DNA from: an uncultured Eubacteriales bacterium
Lineage (GTDB): Bacteria > Bacillota > Clostridia > Oscillospirales > CAG-272
Length of the DNA: 64,000 nucleotides
Assembly (NCBI GenBank): GCA_934446365.1
Contig: CAKSDZ010000003.1
Span: 72,587 to 136,586 of the forward strand
Reading direction: 5' to 3'
Below the pieces are notes generated by a model. That model saw only the letters and a program-made list of their open reading frames with translations, did no database searches and had not been told where the DNA came from. The position numbers were made by a program, and so were the translations under genes. This document shows positions 9,596 to 17,999 of this stretch, one piece after another (positions within the stretch are counted from its first letter, which is position 1; the number at the start of each line of letters is the position of its first letter).

Positions 9596-10051
9596 ATGAA
9601 ACAGAATAATAAGAAAAAAGGCTTTACGCTTGTTGAGCTTGTCATCGTTATTGCGGTGATTGCAATTCTTGCGGGCGTGATGATTGCCACATTCTCAAAT
9701 GTGGTGAGCGACGCAAAGGAATCCGCAGCTATGCAGGAAGCGAAATCCAAAATCGATGCGGAATACATCGACTTTATCACAAATAATCCGGGTGAGGTTC
9801 CGGCTTCCATTTTCATCGGTGTTGCCGACGGCAAAGTGACGAATGTTGCATTTTCATCGAATCCCGATGAGCCGGGATTTATTAAGCTTGCAGGTGAGAA
9901 TGATGATATTGTAATCCTGACGCTCGGTGAGGAAAGCTTGGTGTTTACATGGACGGAGAAGGGCTATACGCTGGAAACCAAAACGGGTGTTACAGCGAGG
10001 ACGACAAACGCGACAACTGCGACCGAGGCTACTTCGCCGGAACAACCTTAA
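9596..10051 (+). CDS. type IV pilin-like protein (prepilin N-terminal domain)
   Basis: MKQNNKKKG|FTLVELVIVIAVIAILAG. ATG 9596 lies 8 nt after AAGAGG; the track start at 9587 is a GTG inside the RBS. Confidence 0.8.
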   Translation: MKQNNKKKGFTLVELVIVIAVIAILAGVMIATFSNVVSDAKESAAMQEAKSKIDAEYIDFITNNPGEVPASIFIGVADGKVTNVAFSSNPDEPGFIKLAGENDDIVILTLGEESLVFTWTEKGYTLETKTGVTARTTNATTATEATSPEQP

Positions 10052-10122
10052 TTTATACGACGATAGAAAGCGAAAGCTTTTTATCATATAGCGTGATGAT
10101 CACGCACTCCTAAAGAAATGGC

Positions 10123-10158
10123 GGAAAGGCGCGTTGCGGAGCGCCTTTCCGTCTTTTT
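10123..10158 (+). terminator. rho-independent terminator after pilin genes
   Basis: GGAAAGGCGC-GTTGCGGA-GCGCCTTTCC followed by GTCTTTTT. Confidence 0.7.
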
Positions 10159-10250
10159 ATAGAGATAGACACTCATTCCGATTTCGGGATGGGTGTTTTT
10201 GTTTTGTGTGAATGAAATTGCGAACAAATATATGAAATCAACTGAAATAA

Positions 10251-10264
10251 AGAACAAATGTTCT
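10251..10264. promoter_or_regulatory. LexA (Cheo/DinR) box-like palindrome
   Basis: AGAACAAATGTTCT has perfect GAAC-N4-GTTC halves, 10 bp upstream of the -35. Related partial sites occur at 10221-10233 and 10280-10291. Confidence 0.45.
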
Positions 10265-10273
10265 CAAAATTCG

Positions 10274-10302
10274 TTGACACACAAATGTTCGCATGATATA
10301 AT
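10274..10302 (+). promoter_or_regulatory. sigma-70 promoter of phage head/packaging operon
   Basis: TTGACA (10274-10279), 17-bp spacer, TGATATAAT extended -10 (10294-10302). Confidence 0.55.
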
Positions 10303-10348
10303 GGCGTCGCAGGGAACAAAAATACATCGAGAAAGGAGGGCGGTCGCG

Positions 10349-10585
10349 ATGGACGGAATTTTTGATGAAAATTTAGAGGATTCGATAGAAAATCCAAGCG
10401 ATTATCGGGCGATTGCCTATTGTGATCACTGCGGCTTCGCTATTTATACGGCCGAAGAGGCATTGCTTGTAAAGGGAAGCCGCGACATCATCCACACCGA
10501 TTGCTGGGAGGAATACGCAGCAGATCATATGTTCGACTTTGTGATGAAAGCGGACGAGGACGGCCGTTTCGGTCATGGGCTCTGA
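10349..10585 (+). CDS. small Cys/His zinc-ribbon-like protein (first gene of head module)
   Basis: ATG 10349 follows GAAAGGAGGG. 78 aa with CDHC...HTDC; its stop overlaps the next start. Confidence 0.5.
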   Translation: MDGIFDENLEDSIENPSDYRAIAYCDHCGFAIYTAEEALLVKGSRDIIHTDCWEEYAADHMFDFVMKADEDGRFGHGL

Positions 10586-11024
10586 AAAGAGCGGACATGC
10601 CAAAAAGCAGGAGATCGCGCCGTCTGTTTTCGCAAGAAAGGCGGCGGCTTATTTTCGGGAATGCGACAGCGGCACGGCGACGGCGGCGTGCGACACGTGC
10701 GGGACGGAATTCGGAGACGCGAAGTGTGGAAAATGCGGCAAAAAACAGCGGCGTCCCTACACGCTTTCCGGCCTTTGCCTCGCGCTTGGAATCACCAAGC
10801 GAAAATTCGCAGCCCTCAAAGGCGATCAAAGCTTTGCGGACGCCGTAGAAATGGCACTTTTAAAAATTGAGGCGTATATTGAGGAAAACAGCATCACGGG
10901 GCATATCAGCGGGACGCTGGCGCTTGCGATTCTGCGCGAGAATTTCGGCTGGGGCGAGAAAACGGAATCCACGGACAGGATCGAGGTCGTGATGTCGGAG
11001 GAGGTCGGCTCTCTTGCAAAATGA
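10575..11024 (+). CDS. phage terminase small subunit-like protein
   Basis: 149 aa immediately upstream of and overlapping TerL. Contains a Cys cluster (CDTCG..CGKCG) and the segment PYTLSGLCLALGITKRKF typical of small terminase/packaging HTH proteins. Confidence 0.55.
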   Translation: MGSEKSGHAKKQEIAPSVFARKAAAYFRECDSGTATAACDTCGTEFGDAKCGKCGKKQRRPYTLSGLCLALGITKRKFAALKGDQSFADAVEMALLKIEAYIEENSITGHISGTLALAILRENFGWGEKTESTDRIEVVMSEEVGSLAK

Positions 11025-12342
11025 CGGCACCGAACGCCTCATTCTTGACATGAAGCCGTCGGCAAAGCAGCGGGAATTTTTTCTCTCCGAGGCGAAATTC
11101 ACCGCTTACGGCGGTGCGCGCGGCGGCGGGAAAAGCTTTGCTTTGCGCTATAAGCTGATTTTATTGTGTCTTGGATATCCGGGAATCCGCGTGCTGCTTG
11201 TCAGACGCAGCTATCCGGAGCTGCGGGAGAACCATATCCGCCCGCTGTGTGCGCTGCTTTGCGGCAAGCCTGCCGCTGCGGTTTACAGCGAACGGGACAA
11301 ATGCTTTGCGTTTTCCTGCGGTTCTCATCTTCAAATGGGATATCTCGCGGGGCACGGCGACCTGCTTCGCTATCAGGGGCAGGAGTACGACGTCATTGCC
11401 ATCGATGAGGCGACGCAGATCGACGAGCAGATGTTTCAGGCGCTTTCGGCTTCTTTGCGCGGTGCGAACCGTTTCCCGAAACGCATGTATCTCACGTGCA
11501 ATCCCGGCGGCGTGGGACACGGATGGGTCAAACGGCTTTTCATCGACAGGGAATACCGCGGCGCGGAAAATCCGGCGGATTACCGCTTTATTCCGGCCGG
11601 CATATACGACAATGAGGCGCTGATGAGGGCGGACCCGGACTATGTGAAACGGCTCGAAAATCTGCCGGAGGGCTTGCGCGCCGCATGGCTTTATGGCAGA
11701 TGGGATGTCTTTTCCGGTCAGTTTTTTCCGGAGTTCGATGAGCGGCGGCATGTATGCGAGCCGTTTTCGCTGCCGTCCTCTGCCGCGCATTACTGCGCGG
11801 TCGATTACGGACTTGACATGCTGGCGGCGCTGTTTATCGCGGTTCTGCCCGACGGACATGCTTATGTCTATGATGAGATTTATGCAAGCGACCTCATTGT
11901 CAGTACGGCCGCCGCCAAAATCCGAGAGAAGCTGCCGGAGAGGGCGGTTGTCATCGCGCCGTCCGACCTTTGGAGCCGAAGCCGTGACAGCGGACGCTCC
12001 GCTGCGGAGCTTTTTGCCGATGGCGGCGTCTATTTTACCAAAATCGTTCCGGATCGGGTGAACGGATGGCTTGCGCTCAAAGAGTGGCTTATGGTGACGA
12101 ACGGTACGCCGCGGCTGCGGATTTTTCGCGGCTGCCGCAATCTCATCCGCTGTCTTGCACAGCTGATGTATGATGAAAGGCGTCCGAACGACGCCGCCGT
12201 CGAACCGCACGAGCTCACGCACGCGCCGGATGCGCTGCGATATTTTGCGTCCTTCCGACAGGCGGTGCCGCCGGCGGAGCCGACGCTTCTGCGCGGTCGG
12301 AACGGAATCAAGAAAACAGAAAGGAATCGATATGAATTTTAA
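11014..12342 (+). CDS. phage terminase large subunit
   Basis: Walker A YGGARGGGKS, Walker B VIAIDEATQI, C-terminal nuclease-size domain. TTG start 9 nt after GAGGAGG; ATG 11050 is the alternative. Confidence 0.85.
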   Translation: MQNDGTERLILDMKPSAKQREFFLSEAKFTAYGGARGGGKSFALRYKLILLCLGYPGIRVLLVRRSYPELRENHIRPLCALLCGKPAAAVYSERDKCFAFSCGSHLQMGYLAGHGDLLRYQGQEYDVIAIDEATQIDEQMFQALSASLRGANRFPKRMYLTCNPGGVGHGWVKRLFIDREYRGAENPADYRFIPAGIYDNEALMRADPDYVKRLENLPEGLRAAWLYGRWDVFSGQFFPEFDERRHVCEPFSLPSSAAHYCAVDYGLDMLAALFIAVLPDGHAYVYDEIYASDLIVSTAAAKIREKLPERAVVIAPSDLWSRSRDSGRSAAELFADGGVYFTKIVPDRVNGWLALKEWLMVTNGTPRLRIFRGCRNLIRCLAQLMYDERRPNDAAVEPHELTHAPDALRYFASFRQAVPPAEPTLLRGRNGIKKTERNRYEF

Positions 12343-14035
12343 ATTTTGGAAGCATGGCGCGGAAAGCGGGGTGTCCTCCTGTCATGACGCTTCCGCAAGG
12401 GAACGGCGGATTGCCGCACTCCTCGACGCCGCCAAAACGGCAAGGAGCGGGACAGAGGCATATTGGCGGAAAATGCGCGCCTATTATGACGGCACGCACG
12501 ACACCGCAAAACAGACGGGGGATTTCATGGCCTCGCTCGACCTGCCGTGGATACCGGCGTCCGTGCCGGACGGATATATGCATGTCGAAAGTCAAATCGA
12601 GGCGAGCCCGCCCGATTTTGAATTTTCCGGCAGAGGTGAGTCCGACGAGGCGAAGGCGGATATCAGAGAGCGCGTGGTGCGCTATGTCGTGCAGAACAAC
12701 GACTTTACGGCGAAAAATGCAGCAAATGAGCGCAGGCTCGGCATCTACGGCAGCGCCGCATGGAAGCTTTCCGTCGGCCGCGGAGACGCAGGCGATGCGG
12801 AAATCCTGATTGAGAATCCGCCGCCGCAGACGCTCTTTCCCGACCCCGCGGCGACGTGCGTCGACGACTGTGAATATATCGGCTGCGTCTACCGGATGAG
12901 CGTCACACGCGCCGCCCGCATCTTCGCGGCCGACCTCGACCGACTGGGACTTACGATGGAGGAAATCCTGCGCGAGCGGGCATACGGGCGCAAAAGAGGA
13001 GCTGGGGATTCCTTGTTCGAGGGCGGCGGCGATCCGTCGGAGACGGTCGAAATCACGGAGTGGTGGTTCCGTCAGCCGCGGGACGGCGAGGAGGTCTGCG
13101 GTCTTTGCGGCGACGCCGGCACGGAAAATGTGACGTTCCGCTATGAAGCGGGGGATATCGCGCTTTCGATTCTGATTGAAGGGGTCGAGGTGCGGTACGT
13201 GCCGAAGTATTGGACGAAAACCGCATGCCGGAAATTCCCGTTTGTCATCTACGGCAAAATTCCGGGGGACGGCTCGATTTGGGGAAAAAGCGAAATGGAA
13301 CAGCTCATTCCGCTCATCGACGCCGCCGACAGGCAGCTCGCGTTCGCACAGCTCAACACGGCGTTTTTTGCCAATGATATCCTCGTATATGAGGAAAACG
13401 CCTTTGCGCCGGACAGCTATCCCGAAAACCGTCCGGGCGCAATATGGAAGCTGCGTCCCGGCATGTCGGATAAGGTGAAGCGGCTCGGAGGGCTTTCCGG
13501 CGACAGCATTTCCCATTATGAGATTGCGGACAGATACCGCGCCATGATGAAGGAGGCGCTCGGCAACTACGACTTTATGCAGGGCGACAGCTCAACCAAA
13601 GTCACGACGGCGACAGGGCTTGCCCTGCTCGGCGATTACGCCTCCCGCAGGATGCAGGCGAAAAATATCTGCAAGCGCGCGGGCTTTGAGCGGTTGTATA
13701 GGCTGATCGACTATATGGCGCTCGAGCTTTACGACTCCGACAAGGTGAAAGCCATCACGGACAGCGACACGGGATATTCCTTTGAAGAATATCTCGGCAC
13801 GGTCGGCTATGTGCCGGCGCTCGATGTGGTCGTCCATATCGGGGAGGGCGTCGAGAATTCGCATTCGTTTACGCTTTCCGCTTTGTCGGAGCTGATGGAG
13901 ACGGAGGTCACGGAGGCGAATTATCCGATGGTGCGCGCTTATATCAATGCACTGGGCATTCCGGAGCGCGCCTCGCTGATCGCGGCGCTGGACAGCAAAT
14001 TTGAAGGAAAAGCAGAGGAGACAACGCATGAATGA
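12332..14035 (+). CDS. phage portal protein
   Basis: 567 aa directly after and overlapping TerL. Size and position are canonical. ATG 12332 was chosen over the Arg-rich upstream extension from 12170. Confidence 0.7.
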   Translation: MNFKFWKHGAESGVSSCHDASARERRIAALLDAAKTARSGTEAYWRKMRAYYDGTHDTAKQTGDFMASLDLPWIPASVPDGYMHVESQIEASPPDFEFSGRGESDEAKADIRERVVRYVVQNNDFTAKNAANERRLGIYGSAAWKLSVGRGDAGDAEILIENPPPQTLFPDPAATCVDDCEYIGCVYRMSVTRAARIFAADLDRLGLTMEEILRERAYGRKRGAGDSLFEGGGDPSETVEITEWWFRQPRDGEEVCGLCGDAGTENVTFRYEAGDIALSILIEGVEVRYVPKYWTKTACRKFPFVIYGKIPGDGSIWGKSEMEQLIPLIDAADRQLAFAQLNTAFFANDILVYEENAFAPDSYPENRPGAIWKLRPGMSDKVKRLGGLSGDSISHYEIADRYRAMMKEALGNYDFMQGDSSTKVTTATGLALLGDYASRRMQAKNICKRAGFERLYRLIDYMALELYDSDKVKAITDSDTGYSFEEYLGTVGYVPALDVVVHIGEGVENSHSFTLSALSELMETEVTEANYPMVRAYINALGIPERASLIAALDSKFEGKAEETTHE

Positions 14036-14564
14036 TAACATAACAGAAGAAGACAAAACGCCCGTCGCCGGTTTCAATCGGGACGACGGGGACATGGAAT
14101 CCGCGGAAAACGGTGGGGTGGCGATGCCCGCCGCCCCGGACGGGGAAGCGCCGCCTGCCGCCGGTGCGGCTGGGGATTCCGACTTGCAAGAGGAGAACGC
14201 CGTACCGGCGGATATCTCTTTGGAAAACACGGGACCGGAAAGAGAACTCGACGATGCGCGCATCGCGGAGCTTTTGGCAAATCCGATGTTTATCCGTTTT
14301 GCGCGCGGACGCAGCGGCGGGCTTGAAACGGTCTGCCGCGAATTTGAGGAGATGCTGGCTTTGGGCGGGAAAGTGTCGGCTCCCCGCATGGCGGCGCCGA
14401 TTGCGGCGAAAATCGTACCCGCATCCTCCTCCGCTACGCCGGACGTGGCGCTGAACGAACGGCAGCGCGCAATCGCGCGCACCGCCGGCATGTCATACCG
14501 GGAATATTATGAGCTGATTTCCGAGCTTCCCGGTTCCAATCATCAAAATTATAAAGGAGAATAA
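14028..14564 (+). CDS. acidic scaffolding-like protein
   Basis: 178 aa, Asp/Glu/Ala/Pro-rich, located between portal and capsid genes. Its start overlaps the portal stop. Confidence 0.4.
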   Translation: MNDNITEEDKTPVAGFNRDDGDMESAENGGVAMPAAPDGEAPPAAGAAGDSDLQEENAVPADISLENTGPERELDDARIAELLANPMFIRFARGRSGGLETVCREFEEMLALGGKVSAPRMAAPIAAKIVPASSSATPDVALNERQRAIARTAGMSYREYYELISELPGSNHQNYKGE

Positions 14565-14567
14565 AAA

Positions 14568-15467
14568 ATGAGTAACGATATTTATACTTGGTCAAATGAT
14601 ATGTATCCGCTCGTCAAAAAGCGTTTTGACGACAGATATGCTTCGAGAATGAATCTCATCGGCAATGTATGCGGCATTGTGAAGCAGAATGAGCTTTCCT
14701 ATGAGCTGCCGGGGCTCGGCGGCTACGGCGAGCTTCCGGTGTATTCCGGCGGCACGCTTTCCTATGCGGACGGCAGCAAGAGCTTTCTTGCGACGGTGAC
14801 GCCGGTGGAACGCGCGCTTGCCATTCCGGTTTCCTATAAAAGAGCGAAGATCGACATTGTGGGCGAGGCCGACAAAACCGGCGTCCGGCTTGCGGATTCC
14901 GCCTATATGACGGTGCTCGGCGAATTTTACCGCGTGTTTGGAAACGCGCTTACCGCGAAGGGTGCGGACGGCGTCGCATGGGCGTCCGCTTCGCATCCGG
15001 TGGATACGACTGCCGACAGCGATACGTTTTCCAACCTGATTACCACGGAGCTTTCCGTCGCGGCGATCTGCGCGGCACAGGCCACGGCGGCGTCCTTTGT
15101 GACGGCGGACGGGCTTCCGTTTGTGGCGAATTTCGACCTGCTTCTCGTTTCGCCGGAGCTGGAAGGCACGGCAAGAACCATCTGCGGCGAGGATGCGCTT
15201 CTCACGCCGGCGGGCGGTGTCGGCGGCAATCCCTACGGCATGAAATACATGGTGGTCGGCGGAGGCGGCGTCGGCTTCTCGGGCAAAAGATGGGCGCTCG
15301 CGGACAGCATGCTGCTGCCGGAGGTTTTGAAGCTCGTCTATATCACGGAGCCGTCCGTCGTGCTTTCCCCAAGGGAAAATCCGCTTGTCGCGGATTACAT
15401 TTCCTATGTCGATTTCGCGTTCGGCTTCGGAGATGCAAGACCGATCATCTTCTCGAATCCCGCCTGA
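14568..15467 (+). CDS. phage major capsid protein-like
   Basis: 299 aa with a strong AAGGAG RBS. Position after portal and scaffold, and size typical of HK97-fold/gpT-like coat proteins. Followed by a strong hairpin. Confidence 0.6.
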   Translation: MSNDIYTWSNDMYPLVKKRFDDRYASRMNLIGNVCGIVKQNELSYELPGLGGYGELPVYSGGTLSYADGSKSFLATVTPVERALAIPVSYKRAKIDIVGEADKTGVRLADSAYMTVLGEFYRVFGNALTAKGADGVAWASASHPVDTTADSDTFSNLITTELSVAAICAAQATAASFVTADGLPFVANFDLLLVSPELEGTARTICGEDALLTPAGGVGGNPYGMKYMVVGGGGVGFSGKRWALADSMLLPEVLKLVYITEPSVVLSPRENPLVADYISYVDFAFGFGDARPIIFSNPA

Positions 15468-15486
15468 ACGAATGAAAAATCGGAAA

Positions 15487-15512
15487 TCCGGAGGAGCGGC
15501 CGCTCCTCCGGA
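15487..15512 (+). promoter_or_regulatory. perfect 26-nt palindrome after capsid gene (attenuator/stabiliser-type hairpin)
   Basis: TCCGGAGGAGCGG/CCGCTCCTCCGGA with no U-tract. The 3-prime arm abuts the RBS of the next gene. Confidence 0.4.
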
Positions 15513-15526
15513 GAAAGGAGAACTTT

Positions 15527-16120
15527 ATGACTTACGGAATGCTGCGTGACCGTATTTTATCGCTTTTGGATATCGGCACGGAGGAGCTGGCGTCTGAGGG
15601 AAGCCTGCTTTCGGCGGCGGACGGCCTGCTGCCGCAGACTGTGGACGCCACAGCGCGAAAGGCAGCTTTGCTTTTGAAATGTATCGTCAAAACGGCAGTG
15701 CTTCATTTTGAGTATGGCGAAAGTGATGCCGTGGCGGTGCTGCCGTCCGATTTTATCTCCGCGAAGCAGCTTCGCTGCGGCCGGAAAACCTATGGAAGCG
15801 AGAGCTTCGAGGCGGTGGGCGGGAGGCTTTGGTTTTTTGCCGCAGGAGCGGGAACATATGAGCTTGTGTATTTTGCCTATCCTGCGCGGATAGACGGGAG
15901 CATCGACGGCGACAAGGAGCTGGAATTTGACGATTACGCGGCGGATATCGTCGCATACGGCGCCGCGGCGGAGCTTTCTCATAGTCTTTATCCCGGCGAT
16001 ATGAAACGGTTTATGCGCCTTGCCACGGAATTTGACGAAAGAGCCGCGAACGCCGCTCCGCGTTCCGGCGACAGCGCCGTCCGCAATGCCGTTTTCGGCA
16101 GAAAGCGGGGTGTTCTATGA
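15527..16120 (+). CDS. hypothetical phage structural protein (head-tail adaptor position)
   Basis: 197 aa with an AAAGGAG RBS. Call is positional only, by analogy with a P22-like gene order. Confidence 0.45.
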   Translation: MTYGMLRDRILSLLDIGTEELASEGSLLSAADGLLPQTVDATARKAALLLKCIVKTAVLHFEYGESDAVAVLPSDFISAKQLRCGRKTYGSESFEAVGGRLWFFAAGAGTYELVYFAYPARIDGSIDGDKELEFDDYAADIVAYGAAAELSHSLYPGDMKRFMRLATEFDERAANAAPRSGDSAVRNAVFGRKRGVL

Positions 16121-17940
16121 GCCTGCTTCGAGTGAGAGGGAAAACGGGAACGGCGGAGGCTTATGACGAATTTGCACGGTATGACGAAGCATACCATGAA
16201 TATGCGATGAAGGATTTTTCGGGTGGTGTCATGACGGGAGAGCTTCATTCCCGTGCGGATACCGTTTCGCAGGCGGTGAATGTGCGCACGGATAGCAGCG
16301 GCGCTTTGGTTGCGATGTCCGTGCCGGTCACGGCCTTTGACGGGACGGTGGGCGCGGGGGAGATCGTATTCTCCTGCTATGACGACGGCATTTTGCTTTT
16401 CCGAAAGGGAAATACGCTGTATGCGGTAAAGGACGGCGCGCTCTCCGTGGTCGGCACCGCGGGCATGCTCCAATCGGAAAAAAGCGCCGTTTATACGGCG
16501 GACGGCCTATTCTGCATCATTGACGGCGACAGCATTTATATGGTTGACAGAGATCTCACCGTTTCCACGCCGGAGCCATATATTCCGACCTGTTATACGG
16601 ATGTTTCCGCGGACGGCGCTGTCAAAACGGAGAGCGAAAAGCCGAACCTGTTCTGCCGATACATCGATATCATCTTGGCAGCGGAATCGTCTCCCACACG
16701 GAAGATTCCGCCGGATATCGCCGTCGATGACACCTATATTCGGATATGGGATCTGACAAACGGCTCGGAGCTCGGCGATCCCGATTTCAACTTCGACGGG
16801 GAAACCATTCAATTTTTCGGGCTGTATTCTCGGAAATTCCGCGTTCGGCTGAAGCTTGCCGATTCCGGCACCTCCTCACAGCTGTCCTATACTTCCCTTG
16901 AAGCGCTGCGTGAGCTTGTTTCCTGCCCGGAAAAGGTGCTTCCGATATCGCTGCCGTCGTCGAGACTTGCCTATCTTTCTTTCGGCGGTGAAAACGGAAG
17001 ATGGATCACGGCCCTGAAAATGGAGGGCATATCGGATTTCTTATATCTTTCGGATGATAATATTATAAGGAAAGAATATCCGGAGAGGATCGCTTCGATC
17101 GTCGAGTATTCCGATGGATATTTTGTGTTTTCCGCCGGTGCCGTTAAAAAGCTGTTTATCACGGAGGATGAAAACGGCGTTCCGGTGTTTGAAATCAAGA
17201 GCTTCAAGAACGATTTCGGCTCGGATATGCCAGGCAGCATATGCGGCTTCGACGATAAAATTCTGTTTGCAAATTCGCGCGGCGGCGTGTATTATATCAA
17301 CAAATTCGGCATTTCGGAAAAGGACGTGAGCCGGCATATTTCCCGCAATATCGAGCAGGGAGAAAACGGATTTTTTTCTCATACCGAGGCGGAATATGCG
17401 GCGGCCTGTGCGGTTTGTGCGTTCGGGCGGTATATGCTGACGGTGGGCGATATGACCTATATTTGGGATTATACCGCAAGGCTGCCGTCCGGCACGCAAA
17501 GCAGGGAGGATGAAGATAAAATGATATGGACGATGTGCGACGCCGTTTGCCCGTCGGCGTATCTGTCGGAGCTATCCAAAAAGTTGTATTATACGGATAG
17601 GACGACCGGAGCGCTCCGCTGTTTTTCCTCGGACGATTCCGAATCGGACCCCATAGCGATCCGTGTCGAAACGGCCGCCTGCGATTTCGGCGAGAGCGCG
17701 GAAAAAGTCCTTATTGGCTTGTCGGTGCGATATCGGGCGGCGGAAAATGTGACGCTTCGTCTTTTGTTCGACGGAGAATTTTCTCCGTGCGAATATGTCC
17801 TGCCGCCGCAGCCGCGGTTTGGTACGGTGAATTTGAAAATCCATTCGGTGCGGCTTGTAAAATGTGCGGCTATGCTGGAATGCTCCCGTTCTTTTTCGCT
17901 GGAAAGCGTTCATTTTCGCTATCTTTCGGCGAAATCTTAA
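16117..17940 (+). CDS. hypothetical phage structural protein (607 aa; hub/neck position)
   Basis: ATGA start/stop overlap with the previous gene; last gene before the terminator. No recognisable motif by eye. Confidence 0.45.
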   Translation: MSLLRVRGKTGTAEAYDEFARYDEAYHEYAMKDFSGGVMTGELHSRADTVSQAVNVRTDSSGALVAMSVPVTAFDGTVGAGEIVFSCYDDGILLFRKGNTLYAVKDGALSVVGTAGMLQSEKSAVYTADGLFCIIDGDSIYMVDRDLTVSTPEPYIPTCYTDVSADGAVKTESEKPNLFCRYIDIILAAESSPTRKIPPDIAVDDTYIRIWDLTNGSELGDPDFNFDGETIQFFGLYSRKFRVRLKLADSGTSSQLSYTSLEALRELVSCPEKVLPISLPSSRLAYLSFGGENGRWITALKMEGISDFLYLSDDNIIRKEYPERIASIVEYSDGYFVFSAGAVKKLFITEDENGVPVFEIKSFKNDFGSDMPGSICGFDDKILFANSRGGVYYINKFGISEKDVSRHISRNIEQGENGFFSHTEAEYAAACAVCAFGRYMLTVGDMTYIWDYTARLPSGTQSREDEDKMIWTMCDAVCPSAYLSELSKKLYYTDRTTGALRCFSSDDSESDPIAIRVETAACDFGESAEKVLIGLSVRYRAAENVTLRLLFDGEFSPCEYVLPPQPRFGTVNLKIHSVRLVKCAAMLECSRSFSLESVHFRYLSAKS

Positions 17941-17944
17941 AAAA

Positions 17945-17978
17945 ACAGCCGGAAAAATTGATTTCCGGCTGTTTTTTT
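17945..17978 (+). terminator. rho-independent terminator closing the head module
   Basis: ACAGCCGGAAA-AATTGA-TTTCCGGCTGT followed by T6. Confidence 0.8.
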
Positions 17979-17999
17979 CCGTTATTTATGGTATAATTA

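Larger units (their letters stand above)
10219..17978 (+). mobile_element. phage-derived head morphogenesis / DNA packaging module (no integrase, tail, lysis or replication genes)
   Basis: Eight co-directional, mostly overlapping ORFs running from TerS-like to capsid-like plus two further ORFs. The block is bounded by a promoter with an operator-like palindrome and by a strong terminator. Confidence 0.6.

Noticed and set aside
10091-10105. 15-bp palindrome GCGTGATGATCACGC after the second pilin gene.
   Set aside because: It occurs once, has a one-nucleotide centre (so no RNA hairpin), and has no partner site. Its significance cannot be judged from the sequence alone.
10280-10287. Shared CACAAATG half-site between the head-module promoter and the 86-bp array, taken as proof of a common DNA-binding regulator.
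   Set aside because: An 8-mer is expected about twice by chance on both strands of 64 kb, and another copy occurs in the met leader (40971-40978). It is kept only as a weak hint inside the array finding.
12170-12331. N-terminal extensions offered by the ORF track. Examples: portal from 12170, aminotransferase to 37114, metN to 40824, CDF from 34011, NERD to 34002, lipoprotein from 20391, esterase fusion from 50905.
   Set aside because: The extensions are Arg-rich or overlap the upstream gene. In each case an internal ATG/GTG with a good Shine-Dalgarno gives the family-typical N-terminus.
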